From the NCBI RefSeq assembly GCF_964213995.1, contig NC_135809.1, forward strand, positions 103,726,001-103,790,000: 64,000 nucleotides of DNA, given 5' to 3'. Origin of the DNA: Mustelus asterias (lineage: Eukaryota). Made by a program: the position numbers and the translations under genes. Numbering within the stretch: position 1 is the first letter of the stretch; each line of letters begins with the position of its first letter. Under the pieces are notes generated by a model that was not told the DNA's origin, searched no databases, and worked only from the letters and a program-made list of their open reading frames with translations. This document shows positions 62,003 to 64,000 of the stretch, piece by piece.

Positions 62003-62482
62003 GGGGAGGCAGTGGCGTAGTGGTATTGTCACTGGACCACTAATCCAAAGACCCAAGGTATTGCTCTGGGGACCTATGTTCGAATCCCGTCACGGCTGGT
62101 GCTGAAATTTGAATTCAGTAAAAGTCTACTGATGACCATGAAACCATTGCTGATTGTCGTAAAAACCCATCTGGTTCACTAATGTCCTTTAGGGAAGGAA
62201 ATCTGCCATCCTTCCCTGGTCTGGCCTACATGTGACTCCAGATCCACAGCAATGTGGTTGTCTCTTAAATGCCCTCAGGGATGGGCAATAAATGCTGGCC
62301 CAGCCAGTGATGTGTGCATCCCATACAAAGAATGAAGAAAAGTACAGCACAGAAACTGGCCCTTCGGCCCCCCCCAAGCCTGTGCCAATCATGATGCCCT
62401 AACTAACGTAAAAAACAAACTTCTGCCCTTACTCGGTCATATCTCTCTATTCCCTCTCTATTCATGTACCCATCCATGAATG
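62003..62482 (+). mobile_element. tRNA-derived SINE with a CR1 tail fragment (about 62325-62471) inserted in its 3' end
   Basis: A box TGGCGTAGTGG, B box GTTCGAATCC, tail gggatgggcaataaatgctggcccagcc...cccat, resuming ccatgaatga after the insert. Confidence 0.88.
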
Positions 62483-63444
62483 ATTTAAAAAGAAAAATTG
62501 CGCCTACATGTTGTCTTTTTGTAAAGTGGGCTGAAAACCACGAGTGTAAACCAGAAAAGTGGTTTATTTTACTTGAAAAACACGTGAAAAAAACCCCACT
62601 GCTTTCATAGCACAATTTGCCTATCTCCAAATGGCTCTAGCGTCACAGAACTACGCAAGTTTGTCCCCTGTTATGAGTTAAACTCATTTTATAAATTCTT
62701 GAAAGTGAGATCTTGCTATCTATCAGGCTGTTGCAGTTTCAGCTGTCACAAATTCACTTGTCCAGAAAGAAACTGATGATACATTACGCTGACCTCTCCC
62801 TCAGCTCCTTGTGTTGGAGATTACCTCATTGAGTTGCCAATCAAAGCTTCCAGTCGGAATGAGAAACATCCCCTTTTGGTGTGGAAGCTATGGCAACTGT
62901 ATTTTCTGTTTAGCTATGCAACCACTCCACACCTCCCACACTGAGTTTATTAAATGAACGTATTTCTAACAATGAAGGTGGGAATGTGCTCAATGACATG
63001 TATTATCTCAAAATTAATGAAAATACACACATCTGAGGTGGCCTGGTGGACTGGCATTTCAGCTAATTTGCTCTAAACATTCCAGAAAGTATCTTTCTCT
63101 AGGAGTTGACGCTTTATGAGGTAATTCTAACTTCATAGCAGCAATGTAACACAAATTAAAATCCCTTACAAACCAAGTAGGTAAACATCTCTGCTACACC
63201 AAGGTTCCAGGATTCTGATTACAGCTATAAGTATCAATCCTGGCACAGTCTGTCATGTTTAATTTCTCATGACCTCATCTTACTTTGGCAAATGTTACAG
63301 CTGTGTGGTCCATGTAAGGAATTTTTTAGTTTTATCCTTGAGTTAGAACAGCTTTTAAATAATAACACGTGAACATAGTAGTTGGACTTGTTCAAGGTTT
63401 TTCTAGATTGTCCCTTAATTTAGTTTGGTTTAAATTTAAAGTTT

Positions 63445-63742
63445 TAAAGTTTATTTATTAGTATCACAAGTCAGCTTACATTAATACTGCAATGAATTTA
63501 CTGTGAAAATGCCCTAGTTGCCACACTCCGGCTCCTGTTTGGGTACACGGAGGGAGAATTTAGCATGGCCAATGCACCTAACCAGCACGTCTTTCGGACT
63601 GTGGGAAAATAATGGTGCATCCGGAGGAAAGCCACACACAAATGGGAGAACGTGCAGACTCTGCACTGACAGTGATCTCAAGCCGGGAATTGAACCTAGG
63701 TGCCTGATGCTATGAGGCAGCAGTGCTAACCACTGTGCCACT
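63445..63742 (-). mobile_element. V-SINE with HE1-like head and core but a non-CR1 tail
   Basis: Head and V-core as in HE1; the 3' part reads ...cagtaaattcattgcagtattaatgtaagctgacttgtgatactaataaataaacttta instead of the CR1 tail. Confidence 0.8.
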
Positions 63743-64000
63743 CCGTTTTAGGAGATGCTTGTACTTTTTTTAAATCCATCATTCCATTTATCTGGAGAGA
63801 ATATTGGAATATACAACAAAGGAAAGATTTGGAGAGAATACAGTGCATTCACTAGGATGCTACCTGACTTCAGGAAGTACAAATACAAAGAAAGACTTTG
63901 AAGAATTGGGTCTTTATTTGGTGCAACAATGTGGATTATGAGGCAATACAATAGAATTTTTTTTAATTGATGAGGTAGGTAGAAACACTGTTTCCAGTGC

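Overview
This is vertebrate genomic DNA, almost certainly from a shark (elasmobranch), judging by the HE1/V-SINEs and HER1/CR1 LINEs. The window is dominated by layered retroelements: CR1 LINEs of at least three subfamilies (often nested in one another), a second CR1/L2-supergroup LINE whose 5' end is a tRNA-like SINE head, its partner SINE, and L2, RTE, Penelope, Gypsy/LTR and Harbinger remnants and MITEs. The only clear host-gene signal is a CpG island near 29.6-29.9 kb with a plus-strand GTGAGT donor (probable first exon), followed by a 1.5-kb G-quadruplex-type minisatellite. I could not identify the gene, and other exons are low-confidence candidates. The most interesting signal is four short fold-back Penelope-derived insertions with 8-13 bp target-site duplications; three of them carry minimal hammerhead ribozyme cores whose stem I covaries between copies. 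Other highlights are a templated 190-bp copy inserted into a SINE head, a three-level nested insertion with all TSDs readable, and a tail-swapped V-SINE. There are no bacterial-type systems, CRISPR arrays, rRNA or true tRNA genes. Nearly all ORFs in the supplied track are TE fragments or chance.
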